A stretch of DNA of 64,000 nucleotides from a virus (IMGVR_UViG_3300042973_000021:98083-162082); one strand, 5' to 3'; counted from the stretch's first letter, positions 27,160-37,726 are shown. Program-made: numbers and translations. Notes: generated by a model from the letters alone, not told the origin.

Positions 27160-30063
27160 TTAATCTTTCTGGTAAAATTCGCAGGTGTACCCATCTGCCC
27201 GGAGATTAAGGCCAGGTGCCCAGGAAGGAGCTCTGCCCATCTGCTCACAGAGGGCATTTAAGGAAACCTCTGGATCTGCCTCAATTACAAGCTCGTCATG
27301 GATATGCATGACGATAGAGCAGTTTCTTAAAGTCTTCATAGAGTTGCAGAGAATGTCGCGGGACGTGGCCTGGACGATGTTTTCGACAAACTTCGGCCCG
27401 TAGGATTCAAGGCGCTCCCACTTTCTGGTGCTGCCAGTCCCCTCATAGGTCACGCACTCGCCTCCGAAGCGGTTAACTCCGATTCTCGGACGTGCGTAGG
27501 CAAGCTTTCTCCCTGAGGGAAGAGTGATAAAAAGCATGCCGGACTGATAAAATATGGTGAGCCTTCCAAGCTTCGTGGTCTTATGATATTTCACAGCATC
27601 CTTAACAGCCCGGTCCACTTCCCACCAGAAGCGGACGATCTGCTTATTTGCACTTCTCCAGGAGGAGACAATGCCCGGAAGCTCATCCTCAGACAGTCCC
27701 ATCTCGATGGCGCCCATCGCCTTAAGGGCTCCGGTCGAGCCGCCATAACCACATGCCAATTCCGCTATTTTCCCTTTCTGCCTGAGCTCGCCGTTTACAC
27801 CATGCTTTACAACCGGCACTCCAAACATGCGGCTTGCCGTGGAGCAGTAGATATCTTCTCCGTTTGCAAAGGCTTCTGACTTCCAAGTTTCGCCGGCATA
27901 CCAGGCGATGACCCTGGCCTCGATGGCGGAAAAGTCAGCGACATAAAACTTCTGGCCTTCACGAGGGATAAAGGCAGTCCGTATAAGCTGAGACAAAGTG
28001 TCCGGGACATCCTCGTAGAGGAGCTTTACCGAGTCAAAGTCTCCTGAGCGAACCAGGGCTCTTGCTTCTGAAAGGTCGGGCAGATGATTCTGAGGTAGAT
28101 TTTGTAATTGAATTAAGCGGCCAGAATTGCCAGTTACCCATACTTTCCCGTTTCTCCTTACCAGAAAATACCCTGTCTTTGTAGCAGCACAGTAAACCTT
28201 CCCGTCATAGTCAGTTATCGTCGGCTTGACACGGATCTCGTGACCAGCCCCTGGGCTGAGCCAGATATCGAGGATATAAGCGTCTTTCCAGTTTTTATGC
28301 TCCCCACTTAGCTTTTTAAGCCGCAGGGAAGCGCATCTTCCGGACATATGCGCAAGTGCCTGGACAATATCGGCATTCTGCCTGTTGCAGGTGGTGTACT
28401 GGATGCTGTTCGGTGCAGGACAATATCCATCCCACTGCGGAAGCTCATCAAAAAATATATCGGGATTTTCATCAAGGAGCCAGAATCCGAATGTCTTGGT
28501 GCGAAATTCCCGAAGCCATAGCGGCACGCATCGTGCTGGAATGGTGATTGTCACAGTTCCGTTTGTGTTTTCACGTTCAACAAAGGATATTTCCGCTTTA
28601 CGCAGAAGATGCTTGCAGCGCGCAATCTTACGCAGCTTCTTAAAATGGAATCTCACCTCACCGTCAGCCGTATAGTACCCGTCAGCCTGCGTCATGATAA
28701 GAACACGGATCCATGCCGGACTGGCACATCCGCGGTGATATCGGTAACCATTCAATGGTATGCAGGGTTGGCATTTAGCCATTTCTTCAACTGTCATATC
28801 TGTCCAGTTGCCCCCATATCTTTTCTTTACACGCATTTTGTGATCCGGAGTGGAGCATTGGTCAATCCTGTTGTCCTGATATGTGTACATCTTCCCGCGG
28901 TAATCGAATTCCAGTTTTTCTGCTTTCTGAAAAGATACTGCTTCGGATGTGGCATTCCAGCAGGCGATAGCTCCTCCCTGCCATTCATCAAGTCTCTCCC
29001 ATCCATCCTGTGTCAGAACTTCGTGGTCTCCTGTAAGACACCATCTGCCTGTACGGTTTGCCCCGTAGAACATAAACATTCCTCTGGCCCTGCCGTCAGA
29101 GCAGACTGCCCGCTCCATCGTCTGGTATTTCTTGACAGACGATTTGGCAAGCTGCAAACGCAGTACAAGGACCTCCTTGATCCCGTCAGGAGCTTCCTTA
29201 ATCGCGGCTGCCACTTCCTTTTTACCAAGGCTCTCAAGAGGAAAGCCCTTTTCCTCAAGCCAGTCCTTAAGCTGCATGACGCTGTTCGGGTTAGAAAGCC
29301 CTGTCAGCTTTTTAAGCTCCTCAGTAATCTCACCTTTAGAGATTTCATCCATCTGGATAGCCTTATGGACCAGCTCCATATCAAGCCGGACCCCTCTGTC
29401 ATTTATCTCCTGGTCGATCGTATACTCATCCCATACAAAGTCAGGAACCGGAAAATGTGACAGGCGCTTTTGAATTGCCATTTCAACTTCCACATCTCTT
29501 TTGTTATAACGCTTGAAGGTCTCCCATTTGTCGGGAGCATCAGATGGCAGGTTCCTTTTCCTTCCCCCGTTTGCCTTTGTCGGAGTGCAGGGAAGGGAGA
29601 AATACTTGATAAGAGCTTTTCCTTCATCCATCTTCTGATCTTCTAGTTTCAGGACTTCGCCGGCTCCCTTAAGAGACAACGGAAGTCCAAGAGTCGCTGC
29701 CCAGACCATTGAGCAGTGCCAGCCGGAAGGATTTAAGAACCTGGCAGGCACTGCAGTCAAAGGGTGGTGATCGTAAAAGGGATACAGGCTTACTCCCCGG
29801 TCCCGAAGGTACCTTGACAGGCAGACCCGCTCAAAGTTAGCGTTAAAGGCCCACTTGATCACTGTATCATCGGTAAGGGCATCAAGAACATCATCCGGGA
29901 TTGTTTCACCAGATGCCAGATCAATGACCTTTACCTCTCCTCCGTTAACTGCGTAGCCGAAGAGCAGAATCTCAAAAGCGGGAGACTCTGCGTACTTATA
30001 TACTCCGCATTTGGAAAGGTCAATGTCCGAGTAGCACTCAAGATCGATACTAAGGTTTTTCAT
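27160..30063 (-). CDS. Phage family A DNA polymerase with an intein
   Basis: IDLE exonuclease motif, ADFSAIEARV, RQKGKIAELACGYGG, HIHDE. Confidence 0.92.
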   Translation of the reverse strand: MKNLSIDLECYSDIDLSKCGVYKYAESPAFEILLFGYAVNGGEVKVIDLASGETIPDDVLDALTDDTVIKWAFNANFERVCLSRYLRDRGVSLYPFYDHHPLTAVPARFLNPSGWHCSMVWAATLGLPLSLKGAGEVLKLEDQKMDEGKALIKYFSLPCTPTKANGGRKRNLPSDAPDKWETFKRYNKRDVEVEMAIQKRLSHFPVPDFVWDEYTIDQEINDRGVRLDMELVHKAIQMDEISKGEITEELKKLTGLSNPNSVMQLKDWLEEKGFPLESLGKKEVAAAIKEAPDGIKEVLVLRLQLAKSSVKKYQTMERAVCSDGRARGMFMFYGANRTGRWCLTGDHEVLTQDGWERLDEWQGGAIACWNATSEAVSFQKAEKLEFDYRGKMYTYQDNRIDQCSTPDHKMRVKKRYGGNWTDMTVEEMAKCQPCIPLNGYRYHRGCASPAWIRVLIMTQADGYYTADGEVRFHFKKLRKIARCKHLLRKAEISFVERENTNGTVTITIPARCVPLWLREFRTKTFGFWLLDENPDIFFDELPQWDGYCPAPNSIQYTTCNRQNADIVQALAHMSGRCASLRLKKLSGEHKNWKDAYILDIWLSPGAGHEIRVKPTITDYDGKVYCAATKTGYFLVRRNGKVWVTGNSGRLIQLQNLPQNHLPDLSEARALVRSGDFDSVKLLYEDVPDTLSQLIRTAFIPREGQKFYVADFSAIEARVIAWYAGETWKSEAFANGEDIYCSTASRMFGVPVVKHGVNGELRQKGKIAELACGYGGSTGALKAMGAIEMGLSEDELPGIVSSWRSANKQIVRFWWEVDRAVKDAVKYHKTTKLGRLTIFYQSGMLFITLPSGRKLAYARPRIGVNRFGGECVTYEGTGSTRKWERLESYGPKFVENIVQATSRDILCNSMKTLRNCSIVMHIHDELVIEADPEVSLNALCEQMGRAPSWAPGLNLRADGYTCEFYQKD
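28126..29040 (-). mobile_element. 305-aa intein with a LAGLIDADG-like endonuclease region
   Basis: Exteins RTGRW|...|SGRLIQLQN; starts CLTGDHEVLT, block B TPDH, ends WVTGN with Ser at +1; internal LIMTQADG and LPQWDG motifs. Confidence 0.9.
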
Positions 30064-30132
30064 AGATTCACCTCAACTTAAAAAAGACGGCAGAGAAGAT
30101 TTCCCTGCCGCCTGCCTTAAATGATATGTAGT

Positions 30133-30294
30133 TTACAAGATATTTTTCATGCGCTTTCTGTGGAGCTCCTCCTTGCGCCTATCCTCTTTTCTGATGCTGA
30201 TAAAAAGCATGATTCCGGCTCCAGCCCAGATGGCCGATGCAAGTGAGAAGAGGACAAGAAGGATGTCACAGAGAAAGATCATTGCTGTTTCCAT
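30133..30294 (-). CDS. 53-aa putative membrane peptide (not in ORF track)
   Basis: METAMIFLCDILLVLFSLASAIWAGAGIMLFISIRKEDRRKEELHRKRMKNIL*. Confidence 0.5.
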   Translation of the reverse strand: METAMIFLCDILLVLFSLASAIWAGAGIMLFISIRKEDRRKEELHRKRMKNIL

Positions 30295-30305
30295 ACCGGC
30301 CCCCC

Positions 30306-30854
30306 TTAGTTCAGGAAGTCATCATCACCAGCGTCAAGCGCAGTGAAGTCCTCTTCTGCCGTGCTTCTTCCTCCGAGAGGCTCACCGTCACAGATCTTCT
30401 GGATGTTTCCAAGTCCGCATGCGACTCCCTTGTTGCCGTTGGAGTTAAAAGCGTAGAAAGTAACAGATACCCTCGCATAGACACCGCTGTAGACTTCGCT
30501 TCTGTTCAGGATCGGATTTACATTCTGGTCCACGATCTGAGGCGCTGTGGTGCTGTTTGCGTTGATGAAGTAAGAGTTCTTGTAGACCTCGTCGTCCTTC
30601 TCCAGGTCTCCGTCACGGAGAGGAAGCTTGATTGCTGCCTTGTTTGGCTTCTTCCCTCCGAACTTTCCGATGCCATCCTCTATCGCAGCATCCACTGCCT
30701 TGTTGATCGCATCGATGGTCTTCTTGTCGCTCTTCGGGATGATAATGGAGACAGAGTACTTCTCTGCTCCTCCGTTGATGGACTTCGGCTCCCAGACATT
30801 CGCGTAGGAAAGTCTTGCCTTGCCTGTAACTACCTTAGTGTTTCTCATTGCCAT
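30306..30854 (-). CDS. DUF2815 phage ssDNA-binding/annealing protein
   Basis: RLSYANVWEP, LRDGD, acidic tail DDDFLN. Confidence 0.85.
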   Translation of the reverse strand: MAMRNTKVVTGKARLSYANVWEPKSINGGAEKYSVSIIIPKSDKKTIDAINKAVDAAIEDGIGKFGGKKPNKAAIKLPLRDGDLEKDDEVYKNSYFINANSTTAPQIVDQNVNPILNRSEVYSGVYARVSVTFYAFNSNGNKGVACGLGNIQKICDGEPLGGRSTAEEDFTALDAGDDDFLN

Positions 30855-31995
30855 AGTTGGCCTCCTTGATCTGTGAAAATTCTTCTTCTGCTGTATTTCC
30901 TGTTATCTCCCTGCGCCGGTCACTTTCTGGCACAAGGGTTGGCTTTCCGGGCGGCTTATAAATAAGATCACCCAGGACTTCCTTGAATCTCTTCTTTCCC
31001 ATCAGCTTTTCCATCTCGGTAAGGCTGATAAGACTTTTCTTATAGATGTCCGTGTAACCGGAGTTTTCAGCGGCTCTTGCCACTTCATCTTCGTCTTTGT
31101 AGCGGCGGATACTTCTTCCTGCGACAAGCTTGAAGCCTTCCCACTTCTTTCCATGGTTTACAGCTTCAGAAGTCGCATAAGCAGTAATATCGTTTGCCCA
31201 CCTGGTTAAGTCCGGCAGGACTTTTAAGATCTCCTCAATCTCGCTGTCTGTTAACTCCGGCGGGAGGGCAAATTCCTTCTTTGCAAGAGCCATCTTCTCT
31301 TCCGCCCGCTTCCTGCATCTAACTGCTGCCCGGCAGAAAGTGCACCAGGGGCCGCAGGAAAAGGACCCTTCTCCCTTGCTTGCTAACTTTGCCGCGGGGA
31401 TTAAGACTTCATCCGCCCACTCCTTAAGATCATTAACCGGCTCCTCCCAGGTACTTACGTTTTCTCTTCTTGGCTGAAAGATTGTCATCTCGACTGTCTT
31501 AAAGTCATAGAGACTTTCATAAAGAGAAAGTGCTCCAAGCGCATACATCTTCATCTGGGGATTTTCCTCGGCATCGACAAGTACTCCCTGACCATACTTA
31601 AAGTCAATCACATGAAGCTTCCTGTCCGATACGATGATGCAGTCCGAGGTGCCGAAGGACCCGGGAACGTAAGCCGAGAGGTCAAGTCTTGTCTCAACGA
31701 AAATCTCTGCATCGGGGCACTCTGTCTTTTCTGCCTCGTACTGCTCGATCACATAGTCCCTGTAGGAGTCAGTGCACTCCTCCATTTCATCGGAGTCGTA
31801 CTTTGATACCGGGCGGGTGCTTCTCATCTTAAGGGCCTTCTTTATTTTGTGCTCGGCTAAGGCGTGCGCAGCAGTTCCCTCCTCAGCTGCGGTGCCGGAG
31901 TTGTCCGGGAACTCCTGCTCAAACCAGGGCGCCTTTGTGCAGTTGATCCACCTCTCGGCGCTCGATGGAGAAAGTAACGCGTGGCTGTCTGGCAT
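30835..31995 (-). CDS. DUF2800 PD-(D/E)xK nuclease
   Basis: HALLSPS, GTSD..VIDFKYG, WCTFC. Confidence 0.85.
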   Translation of the reverse strand: MPDSHALLSPSSAERWINCTKAPWFEQEFPDNSGTAAEEGTAAHALAEHKIKKALKMRSTRPVSKYDSDEMEECTDSYRDYVIEQYEAEKTECPDAEIFVETRLDLSAYVPGSFGTSDCIIVSDRKLHVIDFKYGQGVLVDAEENPQMKMYALGALSLYESLYDFKTVEMTIFQPRRENVSTWEEPVNDLKEWADEVLIPAAKLASKGEGSFSCGPWCTFCRAAVRCRKRAEEKMALAKKEFALPPELTDSEIEEILKVLPDLTRWANDITAYATSEAVNHGKKWEGFKLVAGRSIRRYKDEDEVARAAENSGYTDIYKKSLISLTEMEKLMGKKRFKEVLGDLIYKPPGKPTLVPESDRRREITGNTAEEEFSQIKEANYGNEKH

Positions 31996-31996
31996 A

Positions 31997-32377
31997 TCAG
32001 ATCACCTCCGCTTTTTTTAAGAGAGCCGGATACTGTGACGGGTCAACTTCTGAGAGACGGTCAGCACCCAGACTCTTGATCAGAGCCTTTACCTCCTTGG
32101 TATGGCCTTCCCGGCTTTTTTCTGCAAGGACAGCCCTTACTTCAGGAAGAGTTACGGACTTTTCCGGCGGTGCTTTCTCCTCTGTCTTTTCAGCCGGGTC
32201 AGGTTCCTGAGATGGAATCACCTCTGCCTGAGCTTTCTCCTGCGGACTGGCCTTTTCCTCCTGGCTGCCGTCTTCTTCTGATGGCGCCTTGCAGGCCTCT
32301 GCCAGACTTCTGATGTCTTCTGCCAGGGTACTTACATCCTCTGCCAGTTTAAGAAGGAATTCCTTCTCCATCTTCAC
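31997..32377 (-). CDS. Conserved phage protein
   Basis: Homolog of 1581..1907. Confidence 0.75.
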   Translation of the reverse strand: MKMEKEFLLKLAEDVSTLAEDIRSLAEACKAPSEEDGSQEEKASPQEKAQAEVIPSQEPDPAEKTEEKAPPEKSVTLPEVRAVLAEKSREGHTKEVKALIKSLGADRLSEVDPSQYPALLKKAEVI

Positions 32378-32564
32378 TGCCTCCTTTCGTTTGGCTCACA
32401 ACTGAGATCTCGTCCACGCCATCACCTGGGATAAGGACCGTCACTCTTCTCTTGTCTCCGAAGAGCTTTCTTAAAAGACGCTCTCTTACATCAAGGCTTT
32501 TGCATGATACGATTCCGCTGCTCTGTGGTTTCTCTGAAACACTGATCTTAAGTTTGTGCTTCAT
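32349..32564 (-). CDS. Small conserved phage early protein
   Basis: Homolog of 1891..2100; AAAGGAGG RBS. Confidence 0.75.
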   Translation of the reverse strand: MKHKLKISVSEKPQSSGIVSCKSLDVRERLLRKLFGDKRRVTVLIPGDGVDEISVVSQTKGGSEDGEGIPS

Positions 32565-32608
32565 CCTGTTACCTCCTTTCAGAGGGGATTTCTTATCCCC
32601 TCCGATAA

Positions 32609-32642
32609 GTAGCCTTGGGAAAGTGGCAAATCTGACGTTTTT
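32609..32642 (-). promoter_or_regulatory. Putative phage-sigma promoter, copy 2
   Basis: AAAAACGTCAGATT-N13-AGGCTAC immediately after the lysin stop. Confidence 0.7.
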
Positions 32643-33389
32643 CTAGAAAATTTTTTTTATTTTTTCTCTGGTAAGAGGACCTGCGATTCCATCAGGCTCA
32701 AGGCCCTGCTTTTTCTGGAATGCCTTGACTGCCTTTTCCGTGGCAGGGCCGAAGATGCCGTCTGCTGTGAGGCCAGCCTTTATGATCTTGTTAAGACAGG
32801 TCTGAAGCTTCGTGACCTCAGTCCCGCTGTCTCCTTTTTTAAGGTCCGTTACCGGGTAAGGATGGTCGGCCTCCCCGGTCAGGATCTTATGAAGGCCCGC
32901 CCAGGCAGATGCCGAGATGTAACCGTTCGGGCAGATCTTACCGTTCACATCAAAATGACGGATGACATGAGATGCCGGGACACTGTACTTTTTCATGAGA
33001 TGCTTCACAAGTGGCGCTGCGGTCCTGATGGCAGTCGGGGTCGGCACCACCTGGCCGTTCTTCCTGTAACAGCAGAGCTCAATTCCAATGGAGTTGTAGT
33101 TGGTGCAGATATGAAAATACGTTGCTCCCCGGTTGCCCTGGTTCATGGCCCTTCCTGTGTCTAAGAGGCCACCTCCGCAGTGCCAGGCTGCCTTGCTCTC
33201 TGGGATACACTGCCAGATCTCGCTGTCCACAAAGTAGTGAGCAGAAGCCCTCCGGTTTCCTCCGCAAAAATAGATGCAGTTGTTCTTTGCAGAGCTTACC
33301 GCGCCAACATAGTGGATCACGATAAACTTAACCTTCTGGCCGTATCTGCTCTCCTGGTTGTACTTAGAAATCATCTTATTTACTTTCAT
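32643..33389 (-). CDS. Endolysin: Amidase_2 + PG_binding_1
   Basis: IVIHY, SAHYFVD, AWHCG, SIGIELC, RHFDV..K.CP; DGIFGPAT..AVKAFQ. Confidence 0.92.
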   Translation of the reverse strand: MKVNKMISKYNQESRYGQKVKFIVIHYVGAVSSAKNNCIYFCGGNRRASAHYFVDSEIWQCIPESKAAWHCGGGLLDTGRAMNQGNRGATYFHICTNYNSIGIELCCYRKNGQVVPTPTAIRTAAPLVKHLMKKYSVPASHVIRHFDVNGKICPNGYISASAWAGLHKILTGEADHPYPVTDLKKGDSGTEVTKLQTCLNKIIKAGLTADGIFGPATEKAVKAFQKKQGLEPDGIAGPLTREKIKKIF

Positions 33390-33801
33390 CTGTTTCCTCC
33401 TTTTCTGCTCTGTCGTGAAGCTGCTCAAGAACAAGCTTTAGTTTCTTCGGAATCGGAAGTCCCAAGTGGCCGGCATTTTCGAGTAAGCTGATGCCTTCAT
33501 TACTGATGTAAAAGAAAATGACCGCAGTACGAACAACTCCAGCCTTTCCAAGTACATGAATGTCGATCACATTTGCAGCTCCGACTAAAAGAAAAATAAG
33601 GGCCTTCCTTGCGATGCCCTTAAATCCCACGTTGCTTGAAAGCTTCTTATCTGCCACTGCACACATGACACCTGTGATGTAGTCACAGATCACAAAAACA
33701 ATGAGTGCATAAAGCGGGCCGTCACAGCCTCCTAAGTAGTAGCCGATCCAGCCGCCCAGAGCGGCAAAGATAAGTTTAATCACTGCCCAGAATTCCTTCA
33801 T
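33376..33801 (-). CDS. Phage holin (holin 4-1 type)
   Basis: DYITGV, GFKGIARK, NEGISLLEN..LGLPIP. Confidence 0.9.
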   Translation of the reverse strand: MKEFWAVIKLIFAALGGWIGYYLGGCDGPLYALIVFVICDYITGVMCAVADKKLSSNVGFKGIARKALIFLLVGAANVIDIHVLGKAGVVRTAVIFFYISNEGISLLENAGHLGLPIPKKLKLVLEQLHDRAEKEETDESK

Positions 33802-33816
33802 ATGGCATTCTCCTTT

Positions 33817-36051
33817 CTATGCGGTTCTCTTCCACATGTAGACAGCAAGATAGGGCGGCATGTTCTTTCCTGCCCCATCCTCGCCTGCTTCAATGTTTTC
33901 AGCGGTAGCCTCCTGGTTTTCCGCGGTCTCGTATCCGGTGTATCCGGCTCCCTTCCAGTCGGTAGCGGAGCTGTTAATGACCGGGGCCTTGTAGTTTCCG
34001 CTGGCAGAGGCTACCGACCTTTCGCTTACACCGGTCTGCACATCGCTGTAGTTGTAGTAGAGGTACCTGGCTCCTTCCATGCTGGCTTCATGCTTATGGG
34101 CATTCTGCAGGTGGGTGTGGCTTTTCTGCAGGTGATTGTGTTTTACAACGACAGCATCGGCTGACCCTCCCGTGGCCCCAAGAGCGTAGGTGCTTCCCGC
34201 TCCAAGGAGGAAGGCATCCGGGATCAGCTCCCAGCTTCCTCCAAAGAGGTCAGCTGGAGACGCGGTGCTTACTGAAAGATAAATGGATCCGACCGGGTAG
34301 ATCAGATCCAGAAGTTCCTTACCTTTATATATGAGTCCTCCATTGAACCTGGCATCGTACTGGCACTCAAAGCCAGACCCTTCTGAGATCTTTCCGATCG
34401 CGACTCCTTTTCCTCCTGCGTGAAAGTCCATGATGACGTCAGCGGTCTGGACCGTGGCACTTGAAGAAGTGGTTGAAAAGTCATCGGTAACAGAAAGAGT
34501 CAGCCTGTACCTGCTTGTAGAAGGAAAACTCACATAGCCGCTTTCCCCTTTGATATCCAGCGCCCCTGAGGAATGATAAGCGGTAAGAGACAGGTCGATA
34601 GACCCGGAGGAGGAATCCGAGAGACTCTTCCAGGTAAGGACCGCGGCCTTTGAGTTTTTGTCATTAAGAGGGCTGACCGTGATGTCATAAGTAACCCGAA
34701 GAATCTCCCCTGCATCATCTGCTGTAAGTGTCCCGTCACTCTTCTCTGACATTCTGGTAACTGAAAAGGCAGTGATCTGAGGGGCAGAACAGGAGAGCAC
34801 GGTTATCTCTTTTACAGCTTCAGCAGAGTCCCTTCCTCTTGCGTCCATGACAAAGGCAGAAAGCTTGGTATCCCCTTCTTTTATCTCCTGGTCTGCTGTG
34901 ATCTCAGGAGTTGGAAAGGAAAGATAGCCGCCCTCGCTGAAGCTTGCAAAGTAGGTCTTGATCGGAGAGCTGTAGCTTTCCGTCCCGGTAATTGTCATCT
35001 TAGGAATTGACTTTCCAGCCACAAAGGCACCGTAGTAGTCAAGAAGTGACTTCGAGGAGTCCTTCCCGGACGCTACGGTGTCTGTTACCGAAGTAATCGC
35101 AGCTGCAGGAATGACTGATGCCGGAACCGTCAGAGTCAGGGCTGTGCTTGCCGTCTCCAAAACTGTATCCCCGTAGCAGGTATCTAAGAATACTGTGCAG
35201 GAGGCGGACACAGAATCTGTAATGGAATTTAAAAGGCTTAAGGGTGGTGTAAAAACAGTCTCTCCCTTTGCGGACGGATCTGTGATTCCTTCAGATGTAG
35301 ATACACTTCCCAGCGTGTAATAGAGATTGTGAGTGTAGCCAGAGTAATTTCCCAGTGTCTTAATCTGAACCGAGTTTCCCCCGTCCACAGCGCAGGTGGA
35401 AGATGACAGATAGACCGTGCTGGTCTGTGGCCGCGTTAAAGTGATGCTGCATGTGTTACTTCCAAGAGATGTGCTCCCGTTATAGGTCGTGCAGGTAATC
35501 GTGCACTTTCCTGTTGATCCGGCTGTGCACCAAGAGAGAGGAATTTCCCACTTAACTGATGCATCTTTAGTTTTGCTTGCGATTGTCTCTGACTTCCCAT
35601 TCCAGAAGGCAGAAAGCGTGTGGGTAAAGGAGGAGGACTTTCGGTTAGTCGCAATCGTAATCGTATCCCCTAATACTGCTGAAGAAGGCGCAGTAGGAGC
35701 AGATTTTCTTGCGATCGTGGTAAGAGTCTTTGTGACTGAGTCCTTGACCGTTCCGGCGCTTGTCCCTGTCGCATATGATGCTGAGACGGTGAGCTTCTTA
35801 CTTCCGTCTGAGTCATGAGCGACATTCAGAGTCTTTGAAAAGATCGTGTTAGACCCGCTTGTTGTGTTGTTAGGATTCAGGCTCACACTCTTCTCGTACT
35901 TGTCCCCATCGATTGTGACAGTAAGCTTTGGCGGAGTGTGGTCAAAGGATCCGTAGGTCCATTTGGCTGTGACCTTTACGGTTACATTTGAAGTGTTATT
36001 GTCTACCGAGATGCTGTTTTCTGTAATGGAAGCAGAGATTGCTACCGTCAT
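33817..36051 (-). CDS. Tail/baseplate receptor-binding protein (DUF859-like)
   Basis: Ser/Thr-rich beta repeats; C-terminal YPVGSIY...NMPPYLAVYMWKRTA. Confidence 0.7.
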   Translation of the reverse strand: MTVAISASITENSISVDNNTSNVTVKVTAKWTYGSFDHTPPKLTVTIDGDKYEKSVSLNPNNTTSGSNTIFSKTLNVAHDSDGSKKLTVSASYATGTSAGTVKDSVTKTLTTIARKSAPTAPSSAVLGDTITIATNRKSSSFTHTLSAFWNGKSETIASKTKDASVKWEIPLSWCTAGSTGKCTITCTTYNGSTSLGSNTCSITLTRPQTSTVYLSSSTCAVDGGNSVQIKTLGNYSGYTHNLYYTLGSVSTSEGITDPSAKGETVFTPPLSLLNSITDSVSASCTVFLDTCYGDTVLETASTALTLTVPASVIPAAAITSVTDTVASGKDSSKSLLDYYGAFVAGKSIPKMTITGTESYSSPIKTYFASFSEGGYLSFPTPEITADQEIKEGDTKLSAFVMDARGRDSAEAVKEITVLSCSAPQITAFSVTRMSEKSDGTLTADDAGEILRVTYDITVSPLNDKNSKAAVLTWKSLSDSSSGSIDLSLTAYHSSGALDIKGESGYVSFPSTSRYRLTLSVTDDFSTTSSSATVQTADVIMDFHAGGKGVAIGKISEGSGFECQYDARFNGGLIYKGKELLDLIYPVGSIYLSVSTASPADLFGGSWELIPDAFLLGAGSTYALGATGGSADAVVVKHNHLQKSHTHLQNAHKHEASMEGARYLYYNYSDVQTGVSERSVASASGNYKAPVINSSATDWKGAGYTGYETAENQEATAENIEAGEDGAGKNMPPYLAVYMWKRTA

Positions 36052-36053
36052 GT

Positions 36054-37726
36054 CTATCCCTCCTCATCTTTTAAGAGCTTAAACGACAGGTTTCCGTTCG
36101 GCTGCGGGACAAAGGCAAAGTCGTCCTTCTCATCGTTTTCCTCTCCGAAGCGGATGGAATTTAAGATCCTGGCCTTTGTGATCTTCATGGTATCAGTATT
36201 AAAAAAGGCGGCTATCCCGCCGTCTGCGTAGAGGTTCATGCCCTGCTTACTGATCGTGACCTTGTAGGGCGATCCTTCCTCACCGATCTCAATGACTAAT
36301 TCTCCATCCACAGTTGCAGAGCGGATGTACTTAAGAGGCTGATTGATAAGGTTAAGGGCTTCTTTAGAGAAATTTGAAATAAGGAGGGCTCCTGCTGCGA
36401 TCTTTTCTGAGGTGATGGTGCCCTTTCCGATCTTGCTTCCGTCAAAATTTCCTGAGCCATCATCAAGGGACCACTCCTTTAAGATCTCTTTTGCTTCATC
36501 AATTGATGCCTTGATGGATGGGATCTGCTCCTGCCCTTCAATTGCCTGCTCCGCCTTATCCGCTGCATCCTGGACCTTACTATCCAGGTCATCGAGCCTT
36601 CCCGGGATCCTCTCAGTCCTGGCGACCTTTTCCGTATGGGTCGTCCCGTCCGAGTCGGTGTAAGTGATTTCATCGTAGACCGCTTCCCCGTTTTCATCCG
36701 TTACCGTCTTTGTTTCTCCGATAAGTCCTGTGATGGTTTCTGTGATTCCCCCGTCTCCGTAGACATCTTCCTGAAGGCCTGAGACCGAATCGTCAAGACC
36801 GTCTGCTGTCTGCTGAGCCTGATCGGCAGCCTTCTTTGCGGCTTCCACCTTGGCATTGATCTCGGAAAGAGACTCCCTCCAGGGAGTAGCCAGAGCACCT
36901 GATTCTATTTTCAGATTTGCGATGTCAAGGGTCGCAGAAGCAGGCATCTGGCTTAAGTCAAAGTAAAGCTTCTGGGATGATGCGCTGGCGCTCGTACTTA
37001 AAGCCGTTGAAGTGAAGTGAATCCAGGCATCCGAATTATCCCGGTCTGAGTCACCCGAGGTGAGGTCGACAGCGTCAAAAGTGAGCATGGCATTGCTCTT
37101 ATCCTCATCACAGAAAGAGACCGGAATCTGAAATACACTAGACTGCCTGATGTCAAAGCTTAAGGTGTAGCTGCTTTCCTCTCCTGCCTGGGAGAGCTCT
37201 TTCAGAAGGTCACTTGAGCTAAAGGCGATCCAATCAAACCCGGCGGTCGTGCATGTGACCGTAAGAAAATCAGTAAGGTCAAGGTCGGTATAGACCGTAT
37301 CTTCCGTGGAATTCAAAGTCAGGCCACTAGAAGCGCTCCAGCCTTCTTCTCCTTTGTTTGTGCCGCTAAGAATGTTCACGTTTCCAATCTCAGTATCCGA
37401 ATTGGCCTGGGTGGACGTGATGTCAAAACCTGCTGCCTCGCTTCCTGCAGAAAGATCATCAGAGAGGTCTTCTAAGTCAGAGAGCCTTTCTTCAAGCTCG
37501 CTCGCGTCCTCTTCATCGGTGTCAGTCTCTTCTTCTGTATTCTCCTCGATATATGTCCAGGAGTAGCGGGATGGATCACTGCTTTCTGTTTCCGACTGGT
37601 CGGTGTAGCTTCCCCGCATCAAGGCATCGTCATATTCTGTAAGAGAAAAGTTCGTCCCTTCTTCATCATCTGCAAAGGCGCAGTGAAGATAGTAGGTTCC
37701 TCCCAGGTATTCTGTTTTTACTACCA
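36054..37726 (-). CDS. Minor tail protein
   Basis: LKIESG..ATPW motif, C-terminal FAFVPQPNGNLSF; likely start MVVKTEY. Confidence 0.65.

Noticed and set aside
28609-29460. 283-aa plus-strand ORF and similar antisense ORFs across prophage 2
   Set aside because: Shadows of well-supported minus-strand genes, with no recognisable motifs
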